Origin: a virus
Length of the DNA: 64,000 bases
Virus record (IMG/VR): IMGVR_UViG_3300024581_002111
Coordinates: 14,309 to 78,308 of that record
Direction: 5' to 3' (one strand)
The notes beneath the pieces were generated by a model that did not search any database, was not told the DNA's origin, and worked only from the letters and a program-made list of their open reading frames with translations. Below, piece by piece: positions 42,893 through 52,796 of this stretch (position 1 is its first letter; each line of letters starts with the position of its first letter). Made by a program: the position numbers and the translations under genes.

Positions 42893-43639
42893 TTACTTGG
42901 ATTTTGTGATTTTTTTGTCTGAAACCAGCATTTCTGCCCACTTGATCATGCCATAATACGTCAGATCTAAGGGTCCAAAACGTGGATTATTGGGCTTCCA
43001 GTGGTGGTTTGCGTGGTACAATTCGCCCATCCAGGGTATAGCAAGTAGCCAATTATTGCGTGGCTTCAACTCTGGTGTATGCCCTAATAGGTTCAGGCCC
43101 ACTTGATATAGGTAAGATATTGCTATCAATGACACCAGTAACTCCCAACCAAATGCGTACACAAAGCCTGCTTGGAGCACTAGAGCAGTTTCCCAATACC
43201 ATTTTGCCTGTGCTTGATACAGTGGACTTCTCAACATCCATTTAGGTATGTGCTTCATAGGCGGAGTATGATTGAACACACAGAAGTTCTCCCAAATGCT
43301 TTTTACCCAACCGTGTGGATCACCCTCTTGATCAGTGTGCTTGTGATGGCTGAGGTGCACAGCGGCCCATCCCATTGCGGGTTGATTCAGCATGAGAGTT
43401 GTACTGCCCATCAAGAATACTTCTAGCCATTTGGGCATACGCCAACTGCGGTGTGAACAATATCTGTGTAAATATCCGCTGGTGGTGAATCCTGTGAACA
43501 CAGTGGCACACACAAACAGCGTGAGTAACTCTAGTGGTGTATAATGAAACACACTGAGATACCCAAACAGGGCACTGCATGCAAAAAAGATTGTTGTGTG
43601 AAGTGGGCCGTTGTGTTTACCAAATAATTTAAATAGCAT
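42893..43639 (-). CDS. Membrane fatty-acid desaturase (delta-9/DesC-like)
   Basis: His boxes HRYCSH, HLSHHKH and HANHH, plus DPH and TM segments. Confidence 0.88.
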   Translation of the reverse strand: MLFKLFGKHNGPLHTTIFFACSALFGYLSVFHYTPLELLTLFVCATVFTGFTTSGYLHRYCSHRSWRMPKWLEVFLMGSTTLMLNQPAMGWAAVHLSHHKHTDQEGDPHGWVKSIWENFCVFNHTPPMKHIPKWMLRSPLYQAQAKWYWETALVLQAGFVYAFGWELLVSLIAISYLYQVGLNLLGHTPELKPRNNWLLAIPWMGELYHANHHWKPNNPRFGPLDLTYYGMIKWAEMLVSDKKITKSK

Positions 43640-43836
43640 TATGTATCCGCTTTGACGAATTCAATCTCACCGTTTTTTAACTTCTTGTACTTGAGAAATC
43701 CTTCAGCCATAAGCATGGACACACTGAGATCAGCACCTTTCTTGACACCAAATTTAAAACCAAACCAGATGCCGATTGCTGTTCCTACTGCGTAGGGTAT
43801 TAGAATCATTTCCAAAATGTAATCTCCATAGTTCAC
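43639..43836 (-). CDS. Small single-TM protein
   Basis: YAVGTAIGIWFG...L.AEGF.KY. Late promoter CATAAATA at 43859-66. Confidence 0.6.
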   Translation of the reverse strand: MNYGDYILEMILIPYAVGTAIGIWFGFKFGVKKGADLSVSMLMAEGFLKYKKLKNGEIEFVKADT

Positions 43837-43878
43837 AAATGCTTATAGCATTATAAACTATTTATGCATTTGTGTCAA

Positions 43879-45471
43879 CTAGAACAAACAGATCTCTGGA
43901 TCGTCGTTGTCGCCAATCAATCCGTCCATCCTCATGTTCAACGAATTAGAGAACACTGCACTGTGTTCAATTTCATGCAACTGACTCATTGTCCATCTAG
44001 TGCGTCGCAGTGTTTCGACGTTGTCAGTGGGCGGGGGCTGGTTCTCTATTGGCTCTAAACAAAAACATCCACCTTCTGTGCCAAACTTAACTGCCTGTCC
44101 TGCGTATTCGCCTGCGCTATCAGGGTAATAGCATGTGAGACTTTTGTCTGAGAATCTACCAGTTGGTAAATCAGCATAGCTCATGATAGTGCCGTATCCG
44201 CCCCAGATACCTTCGTAGGCAGGATTATCTTTTTGAGGATTATATCCCGGTATGTTATATCCAAATGAGTACTCGAATATTCCAGATTGGTTAGCATCTT
44301 GCCATTCGTGTTGTGCACCTAACAAGTGTCCCACTTCGTGTGCAAACGTTTCGTGTGCCCGCTGATAATAGCGTGTGTTCTCTGCTTCTTGAAATACACT
44401 GTTATGGAAACACTGTGTGATACCTCTGGTTTTTGTGATGCCTTGGGTAGCATCGAGACTGGCAACACCACAAGCAATAGGTTCTGGTTCTCTTTGCTTG
44501 AATAAGAATGCAATGTCAGCATTAGCGTTTCTCTGCCAAGTGTCTATGCCATTGAACTCATAACGCCCGTTGAAGAAGGCAGAGTACTGTCTGTATAGAT
44601 CGCCGGGCGCAACTTCTACCATCACAATATCAGCTACACGCAATCTCACACCAGTTCTAGATACTGCATATATGTGATTTGCTTCAAAGATTTGCCTGTC
44701 CACAAATGCTTCCACAGACATACCACCACGCTCTTCCTCAGTCATCTTAGTGTCAAACACAATCAATATGTCAACGATAGCAGTACCTGGGAAGCCTTCC
44801 TCATAAGGGAAGCCTACATCTGTGATAGTTTTGATACCGTCGCAGGTCATGTAGTCATAACGTGGATCACCGGTATCAGTAGGATCACTTGGACACTCTG
44901 GTGGCTTTTCCATTTGAACAAAGCAGGTCTGATCTATGTGTGTGGTACGTTCTGTGTATGTGCCACCTTCGCCGTCAGCATAGTCTTGAAACCTGTCCTC
45001 ACCTAATGCATGGTTGATGCTGTCTAACAGTTGTAGGAATCTATCTTCTGGTAAACTTCTACCACAGTATGATTCACCAATTGGTGTTCCTGCGGGTGCA
45101 AATTGAGGAGGTTCGTAACCACATACTTCTTCATTTTCTTCATCATATGCATATACTTCTCCACCAGTGCCGTCGGCTGTGACAGTTACTAGGGTGTATT
45201 CATCACAGTACTCGTCGAGTATTGTGCCTTCCACTGGAGGTGCAACATATCCACATTGTGACGAGTTTGTTGTTTGTTGTGTTGTTGAGCCGCCATTGCC
45301 ATCGGCGATGTCTTGAATCAGTGTTGTGCCATCGCAGGATTCTGATAACACTGTGCCTTGTGAAGGATTGCTTGGTACTACTACAGTTGGTGTGTTAGGC
45401 TCTGAGGATCCCCCTCCCCCGCAACTTGAAATTGCTATAGCCAGAATAAGTGTGTATATGTATTTCATCAT
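43879..45471 (-). CDS. Lipoprotein metzincin (M12/reprolysin-like) with three Cys-paired repeats
   Basis: Lipobox AISS-C, GT.L...C...ADG.GG...C repeats, HEVGHLLGAQH, Met-turn GTIMSY. Confidence 0.85.
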   Translation of the reverse strand: MMKYIYTLILAIAISSCGGGGSSEPNTPTVVVPSNPSQGTVLSESCDGTTLIQDIADGNGGSTTQQTTNSSQCGYVAPPVEGTILDEYCDEYTLVTVTADGTGGEVYAYDEENEEVCGYEPPQFAPAGTPIGESYCGRSLPEDRFLQLLDSINHALGEDRFQDYADGEGGTYTERTTHIDQTCFVQMEKPPECPSDPTDTGDPRYDYMTCDGIKTITDVGFPYEEGFPGTAIVDILIVFDTKMTEEERGGMSVEAFVDRQIFEANHIYAVSRTGVRLRVADIVMVEVAPGDLYRQYSAFFNGRYEFNGIDTWQRNANADIAFLFKQREPEPIACGVASLDATQGITKTRGITQCFHNSVFQEAENTRYYQRAHETFAHEVGHLLGAQHEWQDANQSGIFEYSFGYNIPGYNPQKDNPAYEGIWGGYGTIMSYADLPTGRFSDKSLTCYYPDSAGEYAGQAVKFGTEGGCFCLEPIENQPPPTDNVETLRRTRWTMSQLHEIEHSAVFSNSLNMRMDGLIGDNDDPEICLF

Positions 45472-45537
45472 GTCTCCGTGTGTACATCTTAATCACAACG
45501 AGTGCATGATACCGCCATAAGTCCACTCTTGTATAAT

Positions 45538-45545
45538 TATTTATC
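45538..45545 (-). promoter_or_regulatory. Late promoter for the lipoprotein protease
   Basis: GATAAATA. Confidence 0.65.
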
Positions 45546-45814
45546 TATGAGCCGCTTCGGGTGTAAGCGTCTACCAATTCTTCTCCTTTCAGTCTTTTTC
45601 CAAATGTGTGTATTAGTTTGCCGTCTTGCCAGCGTTCAATGACACCGCAACAATAAGTTATATCAGTTACCATACCTTTTTTTGTGTCTTGTGGCCTATC
45701 GTCATACCACATTGAACTCAATGAGTGCAAATGAAGATCACTGATCTTTCTGCCCCATTCTTCTGCTTGTAATCTTATTTTTTGTCTTTCGACTGCACTG
45801 CTATATTCTGTCAT
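45545..45814 (-). CDS. Hypothetical protein
   Basis: ATGA overlap with the exonuclease gene. Confidence 0.55.
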   Translation of the reverse strand: MTEYSSAVERQKIRLQAEEWGRKISDLHLHSLSSMWYDDRPQDTKKGMVTDITYCCGVIERWQDGKLIHTFGKRLKGEELVDAYTRSGS

Positions 45815-46350
45815 CTTTCGTTTACATCAAAATGATCAAATGTCTGCTGTACACACACTGCTTGATAATAAGCATCTGCGTCAGCACTGTGTAAGTTCTG
45901 TTGAATGGCTTTGCGAGGATCTGCAGGCATCATGTTAAAGATAGTTCTGCAATCCATGATTTGCCAAAACGCCCAGCCTCTGTGATGGTCAAACTGTTTG
46001 AATAGATGTTCTAATATAACCATGTCAAATTGAGGACCTTGACACCAAATTTTATCCACGCCTACAAGGTACTTGTTTAACTCTGACATAAATTGTTTCA
46101 GAGGTATTCTGCCATCTTCTGAGAACGCTTCGTCACGAATATGTGCTGGCTGTTTTGCCCACCATTCAAGTGTGCTTTCTAACACACTGCGCTCTGCAGT
46201 CATTTGTTCATCAGCACTGGGCCTCCACAGTGTCTTGGCATGTGGTTCTGCATGATTATAAGGATTGAACTTTACTGCACCCACACTGAGTACAACACAG
46301 TCAGGTTCTGTGCCCAGTGTTTCTATGTCAATCATTGCGTGTGTAGCCAT
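45811..46350 (-). CDS. DEDD 3'-5' exo(ribo)nuclease (Rv2179c-like)
   Basis: MIDIETLG, WCQGPQFD, IMDCRT, HSADAD. Start MATHAM with GGAG. Confidence 0.85.
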   Translation of the reverse strand: MATHAMIDIETLGTEPDCVVLSVGAVKFNPYNHAEPHAKTLWRPSADEQMTAERSVLESTLEWWAKQPAHIRDEAFSEDGRIPLKQFMSELNKYLVGVDKIWCQGPQFDMVILEHLFKQFDHHRGWAFWQIMDCRTIFNMMPADPRKAIQQNLHSADADAYYQAVCVQQTFDHFDVNER

Positions 46351-46381
46351 TAAAATACTCCGTAGAGCTAACAATTATGTT

Positions 46382-46410
46382 ATTATAAGGTATATTCTAG
46401 GCTTTGTCAA
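46382..46410 (-). promoter_or_regulatory. sigma70-type promoter
   Basis: TTGACA-N17-TATAAT. Confidence 0.8.
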
Positions 46411-47107
46411 GTATAATTTCGGCGAGATCTGCGGCTACTTGTGCACAGGCACGTTTGCCCATGTGACCGCAAGGCGTTTGAGGGAAATGACTATGCACTA
46501 TGCTGGTGTCATACATGTTATCTAACCCCACAGTGTCCCATTCTACTGGATTCTGTTGATGTACTTCTAGTTGAGAGTTTGGAATAATTGCATGAACAAG
46601 GCACTTGACTTTGGGCTTGATGAATAGTTCGATGTGATTCATATACAGTAATGTGTGTAACTCTGACTCATAGTCATTCCAGTGATCTCGATAGTAGTCC
46701 ATTACACTAGCATCATCATCCATCCATGTTCCGTATGCTTTTATTTTGTTGTTCCAGTATTCTCCAGTTTGCCTGGGCTCCCAAACAAACTTATCCAGTT
46801 GTAAAGGCTCAGGCCAATGTTTTATCTGGCATGTTCTACTGTGATGTGACCACATCACTACCACAACATCAGTGGGTAAAAATGCAGTGTTGAGCATGGT
46901 GTTCCAAATTTCTTTGTTACTAGCACCCAGTGAGCCTGCGTTGATTGTTTGAGTCGAATTTAAACGTTTGCCTAACCAAGCAGGCCAACTGTATTCGCTA
47001 GGCACACAATGTACAAAAGGATTGCCGTCTTCGTCTTCTTGATCTAGCGCATCGGGTAGCCCGTGGCCAAATGTAAAACTGTCGCCGAAGCACAGTAGTC
47101 GACTCAT
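46397..47107 (-). CDS. SGNH/GDSL-like protein (third copy)
   Basis: FGDSFTFGHG, LGASN, VMWSHHSR, CGHMG. Confidence 0.65.
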   Translation of the reverse strand: MSRLLCFGDSFTFGHGLPDALDQEDEDGNPFVHCVPSEYSWPAWLGKRLNSTQTINAGSLGASNKEIWNTMLNTAFLPTDVVVVMWSHHSRTCQIKHWPEPLQLDKFVWEPRQTGEYWNNKIKAYGTWMDDDASVMDYYRDHWNDYESELHTLLYMNHIELFIKPKVKCLVHAIIPNSQLEVHQQNPVEWDTVGLDNMYDTSIVHSHFPQTPCGHMGKRACAQVAADLAEIILDKA

Positions 47108-47955
47108 AGTGTTAGTGTCTCGTCGTCACTGATTTTTGAATTGTTTATGCTGTCAAGTTGACCAGCACCTTTTACTCCGCCTTGCCAAACCATTTTTTCA
47201 AATGGATCTTGTTTACCTGCTTGTACTTTATCCCACCAATCACTGTGTTGACCAATCTTGTCCAAGAACCAAGCAATCTTAAATGCACTGCGTACACGAG
47301 CTTGTTGCATATCGGGGTGACCAAAATCTCTAGGATCGTCTGGATTGCCCTCCATGTACTTGCGATTGCGGAATGTGTCGTCGTCATTATTGCCTGTGAT
47401 ATCTGCACGATCATGCAAGAATTCTACATCAATACGCTCAAAAATATCCAGCATGTATGCAATATGACTTAACCAAGCATCGTTCTGTGCATTGATACTG
47501 AGATGGTCCATCAAGCGGAACCAGTCCATTGGCACAATAGGGAAGATAGCATACGGGTGACCGTCGTGATTATCTTTGGGTGCTAACAGTTTGAACTGAC
47601 CATTATAACTTTCAATCACATCGTCCCAATTTTCAGTGAGCATGATGCCATCATCGTTCCAAAACATCAGCCAGTCACCATTTGCGTTTGTGGCTAGTGT
47701 GTTAACGTATGTGTGTAAGTTTTCGTAACCCAATGGTTTAAAAATGTTTGCTCTGCACTCAACTGCATGCTCTTTCATTAACGGAGCAACATTTTGTTCA
47801 ATGTACTCTTTGATACCATCATCATCGTCGTCGATGCCCAAAAGAAATTCCAATCTTGTGGGGTCAGAAGCAGTGTCCAATAAACTGTTTAAACTTTTTA
47901 GTAATGCTTCTCTTCTTCCCCTAGTGGGCAATAATATTGATATTGTGGTACTCAT
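47104..47955 (-). CDS. GT2-like glycosyltransferase
   Basis: LLPTRGR, GIDDDD, MFWNDD, FPIV, NDAW. Confidence 0.8.
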   Translation of the reverse strand: MSTTISILLPTRGRREALLKSLNSLLDTASDPTRLEFLLGIDDDDDGIKEYIEQNVAPLMKEHAVECRANIFKPLGYENLHTYVNTLATNANGDWLMFWNDDGIMLTENWDDVIESYNGQFKLLAPKDNHDGHPYAIFPIVPMDWFRLMDHLSINAQNDAWLSHIAYMLDIFERIDVEFLHDRADITGNNDDDTFRNRKYMEGNPDDPRDFGHPDMQQARVRSAFKIAWFLDKIGQHSDWWDKVQAGKQDPFEKMVWQGGVKGAGQLDSINNSKISDDETLTL

Positions 47956-48851
47956 TTTGCTGGCTCGTCCCCTGTGAATAATTTTCTAATGTTGCCTCTG
48001 AATGTGTAATGTCCAACATGGTTTAGTGCAGTTCTTGGGTCTAAGTAAATTTGTCCGCCCATGTTTTGCCAGCGTCTACAGAACGTGTAGTCTTCGCTTA
48101 GATATCTTCTGCTTTCAGGATCGATGATGCCGTCAAACAGAGCATACATGTATGGTTCAAATTTCATGTCAACATTAATATCATTTACATATTTTGTCTC
48201 AGGGTGTGCATCAAACATTTTTTGAATCACTTCACGCTGAATACACATAAATCCTGTGCCAGCATCTTTGAGTCTGACCAAATTGTCAACAATCTGAACC
48301 TGCGGTGTGCGGTTTCCGTTTTCGTCTGTGAGGTGATCAAAGTTTACCACATAGTTTGAACTGTGGCCTTCGATGGTGCTTTCATTCTCTTCTGGATTAT
48401 TTCGTGATGCATTGATAATGCTGGTCCAGTTAATGGCTTTTTTGGGATAAGCGCCAACCACAACTGGCTTGTCGTATGCTACCATACGCAACAAGTCTTC
48501 AGGGTTAAACTCAATGTCGGCGTCAATGAAGAACAGGTGTGTTGCTTCTTTGTTCTCCATAAAGAAACTGGTGAGTGTGTTTCTGCCTCTGGTAATAAGG
48601 CTTTCATTTGCTAATGTGCTGATAGTAAAAGGAATGTCGTACTTGTTGCACATGATGGCCAAACGCATCATGCTACGAAAGTATGGTTCGCCAATTTGTC
48701 CACCATAGCAAGGTGTTGCAATAAAAATGTGCTTTTGTCTCAATAGGCCAACGGGCACTTCAATCTTAGCATCCAATAACTGATGTAAAACGTCTTGTTT
48801 AGGAGGTGCGCTAGTAGTTGATTGCTTCTTGGTGGATTTTTTCTTTGCCAT
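47952..48851 (-). CDS. GT-A glycosyltransferase-like protein
   Basis: Start MAKKK. IATPCYGG, ESLITRGRN, FIDADI, AGTGFMCI, SEDYTFC. Confidence 0.8.
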   Translation of the reverse strand: MAKKKSTKKQSTTSAPPKQDVLHQLLDAKIEVPVGLLRQKHIFIATPCYGGQIGEPYFRSMMRLAIMCNKYDIPFTISTLANESLITRGRNTLTSFFMENKEATHLFFIDADIEFNPEDLLRMVAYDKPVVVGAYPKKAINWTSIINASRNNPEENESTIEGHSSNYVVNFDHLTDENGNRTPQVQIVDNLVRLKDAGTGFMCIQREVIQKMFDAHPETKYVNDINVDMKFEPYMYALFDGIIDPESRRYLSEDYTFCRRWQNMGGQIYLDPRTALNHVGHYTFRGNIRKLFTGDEPAK

Positions 48852-48898
48852 GTGTAATGTGTTCCTGTGTAAAATACTGTTACATGTACTTATATAAT

Positions 48899-48974
48899 TG
48901 GAGCGGGAAACCGGGTTCGAACCGGCGACCTCAACCTTGGCAAGGTTGCGCTCTACCAACTGAGCTATTCCCGC
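48899..48974 (-). tRNA. trnG: tRNA-Gly(GCC)
   Basis: GCGGGAA.../TTCCCGC-T-CCA, anticodon loop TT-GCC-AA, TTCGA T-loop, 76 nt. Confidence 0.97.
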
Positions 48975-48979
48975 AAAAC

Positions 48980-49055
48980 TGGTGGAGCTGATAGGGATCG
49001 AACCTACGACCTACTGGATGCAAACCAGTCGCTCTCCCAACTGAGCTACAGCCCC
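48980..49055 (-). tRNA. trnA: tRNA-Ala(UGC)
   Basis: GGGGCTG acceptor with G3:U70, loop TT-TGC-AT, encoded CCA. Confidence 0.97.
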
Positions 49056-49062
49056 CAAATCT

Positions 49063-49138
<76 letters not shown>

Positions 49139-49146
49139 ACTGATAT

Positions 49147-49154
49147 TATTTACT
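49147..49154 (-). promoter_or_regulatory. Late-type promoter of the tRNA cluster
   Basis: AGTAAATA, 8 nt before the 5' end of tRNA-Thr. Confidence 0.55.
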
Positions 49155-49191
49155 TGTGGGTGGGAAGTTTAAGCGATAAAAATGGTTATTA

Positions 49192-49359
49192 TTATCGCTC
49201 ATTGAAAGGTTTTTTAGAAACAAACTCGTTGAGACGTTCTGCTTCTTTGAGTACATCTTCTGTGGTGGGCATTTCTTCAGGATTTTTTGCTTTCTTCTGC
49301 AATATTTCCCTCGCCTCCTTGACAAGGTCCAACCTAATTTCGTATGGTGTTTTAGACAT
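49192..49359 (-). CDS. 55-aa conserved T4-like small protein (not in track)
   Basis: MSKTPYEIRLDLVKEAREIL...MPTTEDVLKEAERLNEFVS. CATAAATA at 49409-16. Confidence 0.8.
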   Translation of the reverse strand: MSKTPYEIRLDLVKEAREILQKKAKNPEEMPTTEDVLKEAERLNEFVSKKPFNER

Positions 49360-49482
49360 CTTTATTAAATCCTATGCAAATGTGAAGTTTAATATTTGCT
49401 ACACAGTGTATTTATGATTTATTCATTATTTCGTTATAACGAGTTTTATGTTATATAAATATTTTTACTAACCGGAGAAAGG

Positions 49483-49695
49483 ATGCCAATAAAATTTAGC
49501 CCATCACAGAAAAAATTTATCAAAGGAAAGAAGAATAATTTCCAGTACGATCACGATTATATCAAATTAAAGCCCACACAAGAACTCATAAAATACATAA
49601 ATGAGGGACACAAACCTAAAGTAAAAAGAAAATGCAGAGTCGAGTTAGACCGTCGCGGTGTTAAGTTGGTGTGGGTTCCAAAAACGGTCGACTAA
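49483..49695 (+). CDS. Small basic late protein
   Basis: TATAAATA at 49454-61 and GGAG. Contains KPKVKRKCRVELDRRG. Confidence 0.75.
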   Translation: MPIKFSPSQKKFIKGKKNNFQYDHDYIKLKPTQELIKYINEGHKPKVKRKCRVELDRRGVKLVWVPKTVD

Positions 49696-50037
49696 CTTGT
49701 ACTGAGATTCGTAGGGTTCTTGTTCACAGTCAACCACAGCCTCTTTGAGAATATGTTGCTTTGCATGCACAAGTTCATGTGCTAGTGTAACTACCACTTC
49801 ATTGTAACCAAATTCTATGTATTCTCCAGAAACACTATTTCCTTTGGCTAATTCTATCACAATATGTTCGTGATCCCCCCAACAAAAACCCATCTGTCCG
49901 CCTATATCTTTTTTCACACGAACTTCTATGTCAACATCGTGCGTGACATCTCCGCAGAAATCATACAACACATCATAACAAAACTGTTCAAGTTTTCTTT
50001 TGTTTCTGATTTGTCCGCTTAAAAAAATGTATATCAT
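49645..50037 (-). CDS. HExxH zincin-like protein
   Basis: TLAHELVHAKQ...EPYE. Confidence 0.7.
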   Translation of the reverse strand: MIYIFLSGQIRNKRKLEQFCYDVLYDFCGDVTHDVDIEVRVKKDIGGQMGFCWGDHEHIVIELAKGNSVSGEYIEFGYNEVVVTLAHELVHAKQHILKEAVVDCEQEPYESQYKLVDRFWNPHQLNTATV

Positions 50038-50038
50038 G

Positions 50039-51136
50039 TTACCAATTGAAACTGTATGTGTTGGTAGCAGTTAATGTTAAGTCAGCAACACCTTCAGTGA
50101 GCTGTTGTTCTATTTGATTTATATCAGCGCCAACTATGGTGGTATTTGTTTTTCTAAATTTGTTTTCTTTTTCGTCTACCAATGTGGGTGTTGCCCAATC
50201 TGTAGAAAAAATATTTTTCATAAGTGGGTGTCTATAACGCAAATCGAATTCGTCATAGTTGCCTGTTTGGCTTGCTAGGTACATGTTCAAAGTCTCAAAT
50301 CCGGTTTGCTTGTGCATTGGCGGTAAAAACACAAAATCATCATCTACACTGGTATAGTATTTGATCTTGTACTGTGTTAAACTTGATTTCAGGGCATCTA
50401 TGTTCACGACGTGGTGTACACATTTGTGCTGTTGCATAACTGTGAGGTTATGCATATAAGCTAAGTAAAGTATTTCCGGTGACGTCCAAAAAGGATCTCT
50501 TATTACATCAATGCCATTGTGTATGTGTAGATATTCAAAAGGCGCATAATGCGTGAACACAAAGTAAGTGGGAACAGCATTGTTCCAATGCATAGCATCG
50601 GGATTATTACTCTGCACACCTGGAACACTAGTCATCTTGATATTACCCTGTTCATCTCGACCTACTGCCGGGACTTCGCCTCCCAATAACAGTGTGCCTT
50701 GTATGTGTTGTGAGTTTTTGATTGCTGCCAGTTGTGCACTGATGTGCGGACTTGTGCTTCTATAATTTTGCATGTAATCACGTAACTCTCTGTCGAGCAA
50801 TGGTTGTAAATCAAAGTCTTCTATTACATGATCCATACCCAACAGTTCGCACAACTTTTGTGCTGTGGCTATGTCCTGCCCGTTTACAACCGAATTCCCC
50901 CACATATATCTGAATGTTACTGCTGATGCACTGTCAGCATATTTTTTAGCAACATTAGCACTGAATTGACTATCTAATCCGCCACTAAGGGCCACAGTGA
51001 TATGACCTCTGTTGGAAAAACGTTCAGCTAATGCGTCACTAAGTAAAGTTTTTGTTGGCGTTACATTCAATGTGACTTCGCCTGTTGTGTAATTTGCTTC
51101 GGCAATGCCTTCTTGAATAGACAGGATATCTTCCAT
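50039..51136 (-). CDS. PP-loop (asparagine-synthase-like) protein
   Basis: VALSGGLDSQF, LGGE, RDPFW, HKQTGFE. Confidence 0.6.
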   Translation of the reverse strand: MEDILSIQEGIAEANYTTGEVTLNVTPTKTLLSDALAERFSNRGHITVALSGGLDSQFSANVAKKYADSASAVTFRYMWGNSVVNGQDIATAQKLCELLGMDHVIEDFDLQPLLDRELRDYMQNYRSTSPHISAQLAAIKNSQHIQGTLLLGGEVPAVGRDEQGNIKMTSVPGVQSNNPDAMHWNNAVPTYFVFTHYAPFEYLHIHNGIDVIRDPFWTSPEILYLAYMHNLTVMQQHKCVHHVVNIDALKSSLTQYKIKYYTSVDDDFVFLPPMHKQTGFETLNMYLASQTGNYDEFDLRYRHPLMKNIFSTDWATPTLVDEKENKFRKTNTTIVGADINQIEQQLTEGVADLTLTATNTYSFNW

Positions 51137-51228
51137 AAATAGTTATACTCTCTGAAATTTGTACACAAATACTTATGTGCAGTGAGGGCTGTATGATCGT
51201 TATTGTGGTTAGAAAAGTTGCCCATTAA

Positions 51229-51236
51229 GATAAATA
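51229..51236 (+). promoter_or_regulatory. Late promoter for the subtilase-PAAR pair
   Basis: GATAAATA. A second CATAAATAGTTATA copy lies at about 51134. Confidence 0.7.
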
Positions 51237-51275
51237 GTTATATCAGAAACAAACAACTCAAGCGGAGTATATAAA

Positions 51276-52796
51276 ATGGCACGATATTTAGTATCAATGA
51301 ACAGCGCCGATGACGCCACAGCGCAGGCGGCTATCACAGGAGCCGGGGCAACAGTTGAATCCACGTTGAATTTTGGTTTAACGTATGAGATCGAAGCTAC
51401 CCCAGAGCAGTTATCTGCTATCACTGACGTTGCAGTCAGCGAAGCAAAAGACACCACACTTAGTGTTTCACTACAAACAACCGTATGGAGTGGAGATCAC
51501 CTAGATTACTCACTACACCCAACAGGGCTAGGTTCATGGGATCCAAACCTCACCGGTAGTGGAAAAACTGTATATTTGGTTGACACAGGTATTTCTGTTA
51601 GTCACCAGGAATTTGCAGGAGCAACTATAACAAACTGTTGGAGTAACTTCAGCGATGATGATGCTATTCCTAACTATGATGATGCAGTAGGACATGGCAC
51701 AGCAGTTGCTAGTATGATAGTTGGTCAAAATATTGGTACTGCTAAAGATGCACATTTGAGAAATGTTAAGATGTTTAACAGTGCAAGTGGTAACATCACA
51801 GTAGGCGAAATCATCAGCGGGCTTGACGCTGTGCTAGCTGACCACATTACATCACAATCGGATGTTAAAGTTGTTTGTTTACCTTGGAACTTAACCAAGA
51901 ATGACTTTGTTGATGCTAAAGTAAGAGAAATGAATGCTTCCAATTTGGTTGTTGTGGCGGCTGCCGGTAACGACGGTGTTGATGTTAACACTGTTTCACC
52001 AGCTGGCGTTGACAACATCATCACTGTTGGATCATATGATTATGACTTACAGGTAACAGCATTCACTAATGCTCCGCGTCAAAGCGCACCTTCTTTTGTT
52101 AACTACGGTGCAGAACTTGATATTTTTGCGCCAGGTGTAGGTATAACAGTAGCCGACAGCACTAACGATGAAGAGTATGTTACAAGTTCTGGTACAAGTT
52201 TATCAGCAGGTATTGTTGCTGGTATAGCAACACATTATATTGGTAGAAATTCTAGCTGGAGTTCATCAGAAGTCAAAGAAACTATGTTGCTGAAAGGTCA
52301 CGCACTTGGTGTTAAGTACTTGATATTTGATGAGGCTGATCCATCTGTTGATTATTCAGGTGTGTACAAAGCTGTTATCACTACCGAAAACAAAAATCCA
52401 AAAATTCTTGCTACAATAGGATCTGGTCGACTTGCTAACGTATCGTTGAATCAAAGCCAAACAATCAACCTTGGTATTAACAGTGATGCAACAGACTTAT
52501 CAGTGTTAGACTTCGCTCCTACTCCACCATGGATTTCAGCAAATGTCTCCACAGGAGATGTCACAATTGACACCAATGGCGTTGATGCAAGTTTAGCACC
52601 TGGTATTTACTTGTTTGCAATTCGTGGCCAAGTCAACGGCATGATCAAAGTAGAAGAATACAGCGTTGGTCTTTACAACGCCGACGAGTCAGAATTAAAC
52701 GTTGACTCAGCAAACGTTTCAAGTTTCTACTACGACACTGACAACACTGAATACGACGAAGTGCTAAACTATCAAATCAGTACACAAAAGCCTTAA
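51276..52796 (+). CDS. Subtilase (S8) serine protease with an I9-like prodomain and a C-terminal beta domain
   Basis: LVDTGI (Asp), GHGTAVAS (His), AAGND, SGTSLSAG (Ser). No signal peptide. Confidence 0.93.
   Translation: MARYLVSMNSADDATAQAAITGAGATVESTLNFGLTYEIEATPEQLSAITDVAVSEAKDTTLSVSLQTTVWSGDHLDYSLHPTGLGSWDPNLTGSGKTVYLVDTGISVSHQEFAGATITNCWSNFSDDDAIPNYDDAVGHGTAVASMIVGQNIGTAKDAHLRNVKMFNSASGNITVGEIISGLDAVLADHITSQSDVKVVCLPWNLTKNDFVDAKVREMNASNLVVVAAAGNDGVDVNTVSPAGVDNIITVGSYDYDLQVTAFTNAPRQSAPSFVNYGAELDIFAPGVGITVADSTNDEEYVTSSGTSLSAGIVAGIATHYIGRNSSWSSSEVKETMLLKGHALGVKYLIFDEADPSVDYSGVYKAVITTENKNPKILATIGSGRLANVSLNQSQTINLGINSDATDLSVLDFAPTPPWISANVSTGDVTIDTNGVDASLAPGIYLFAIRGQVNGMIKVEEYSVGLYNADESELNVDSANVSSFYYDTDNTEYDEVLNYQISTQKP

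Noticed and set aside
48852-48959. N-terminal extension of the 47952 glycosyltransferase given by the track
   Set aside because: It is a translation of tRNA-Gly. The plausible start is MAKKK at 48851.
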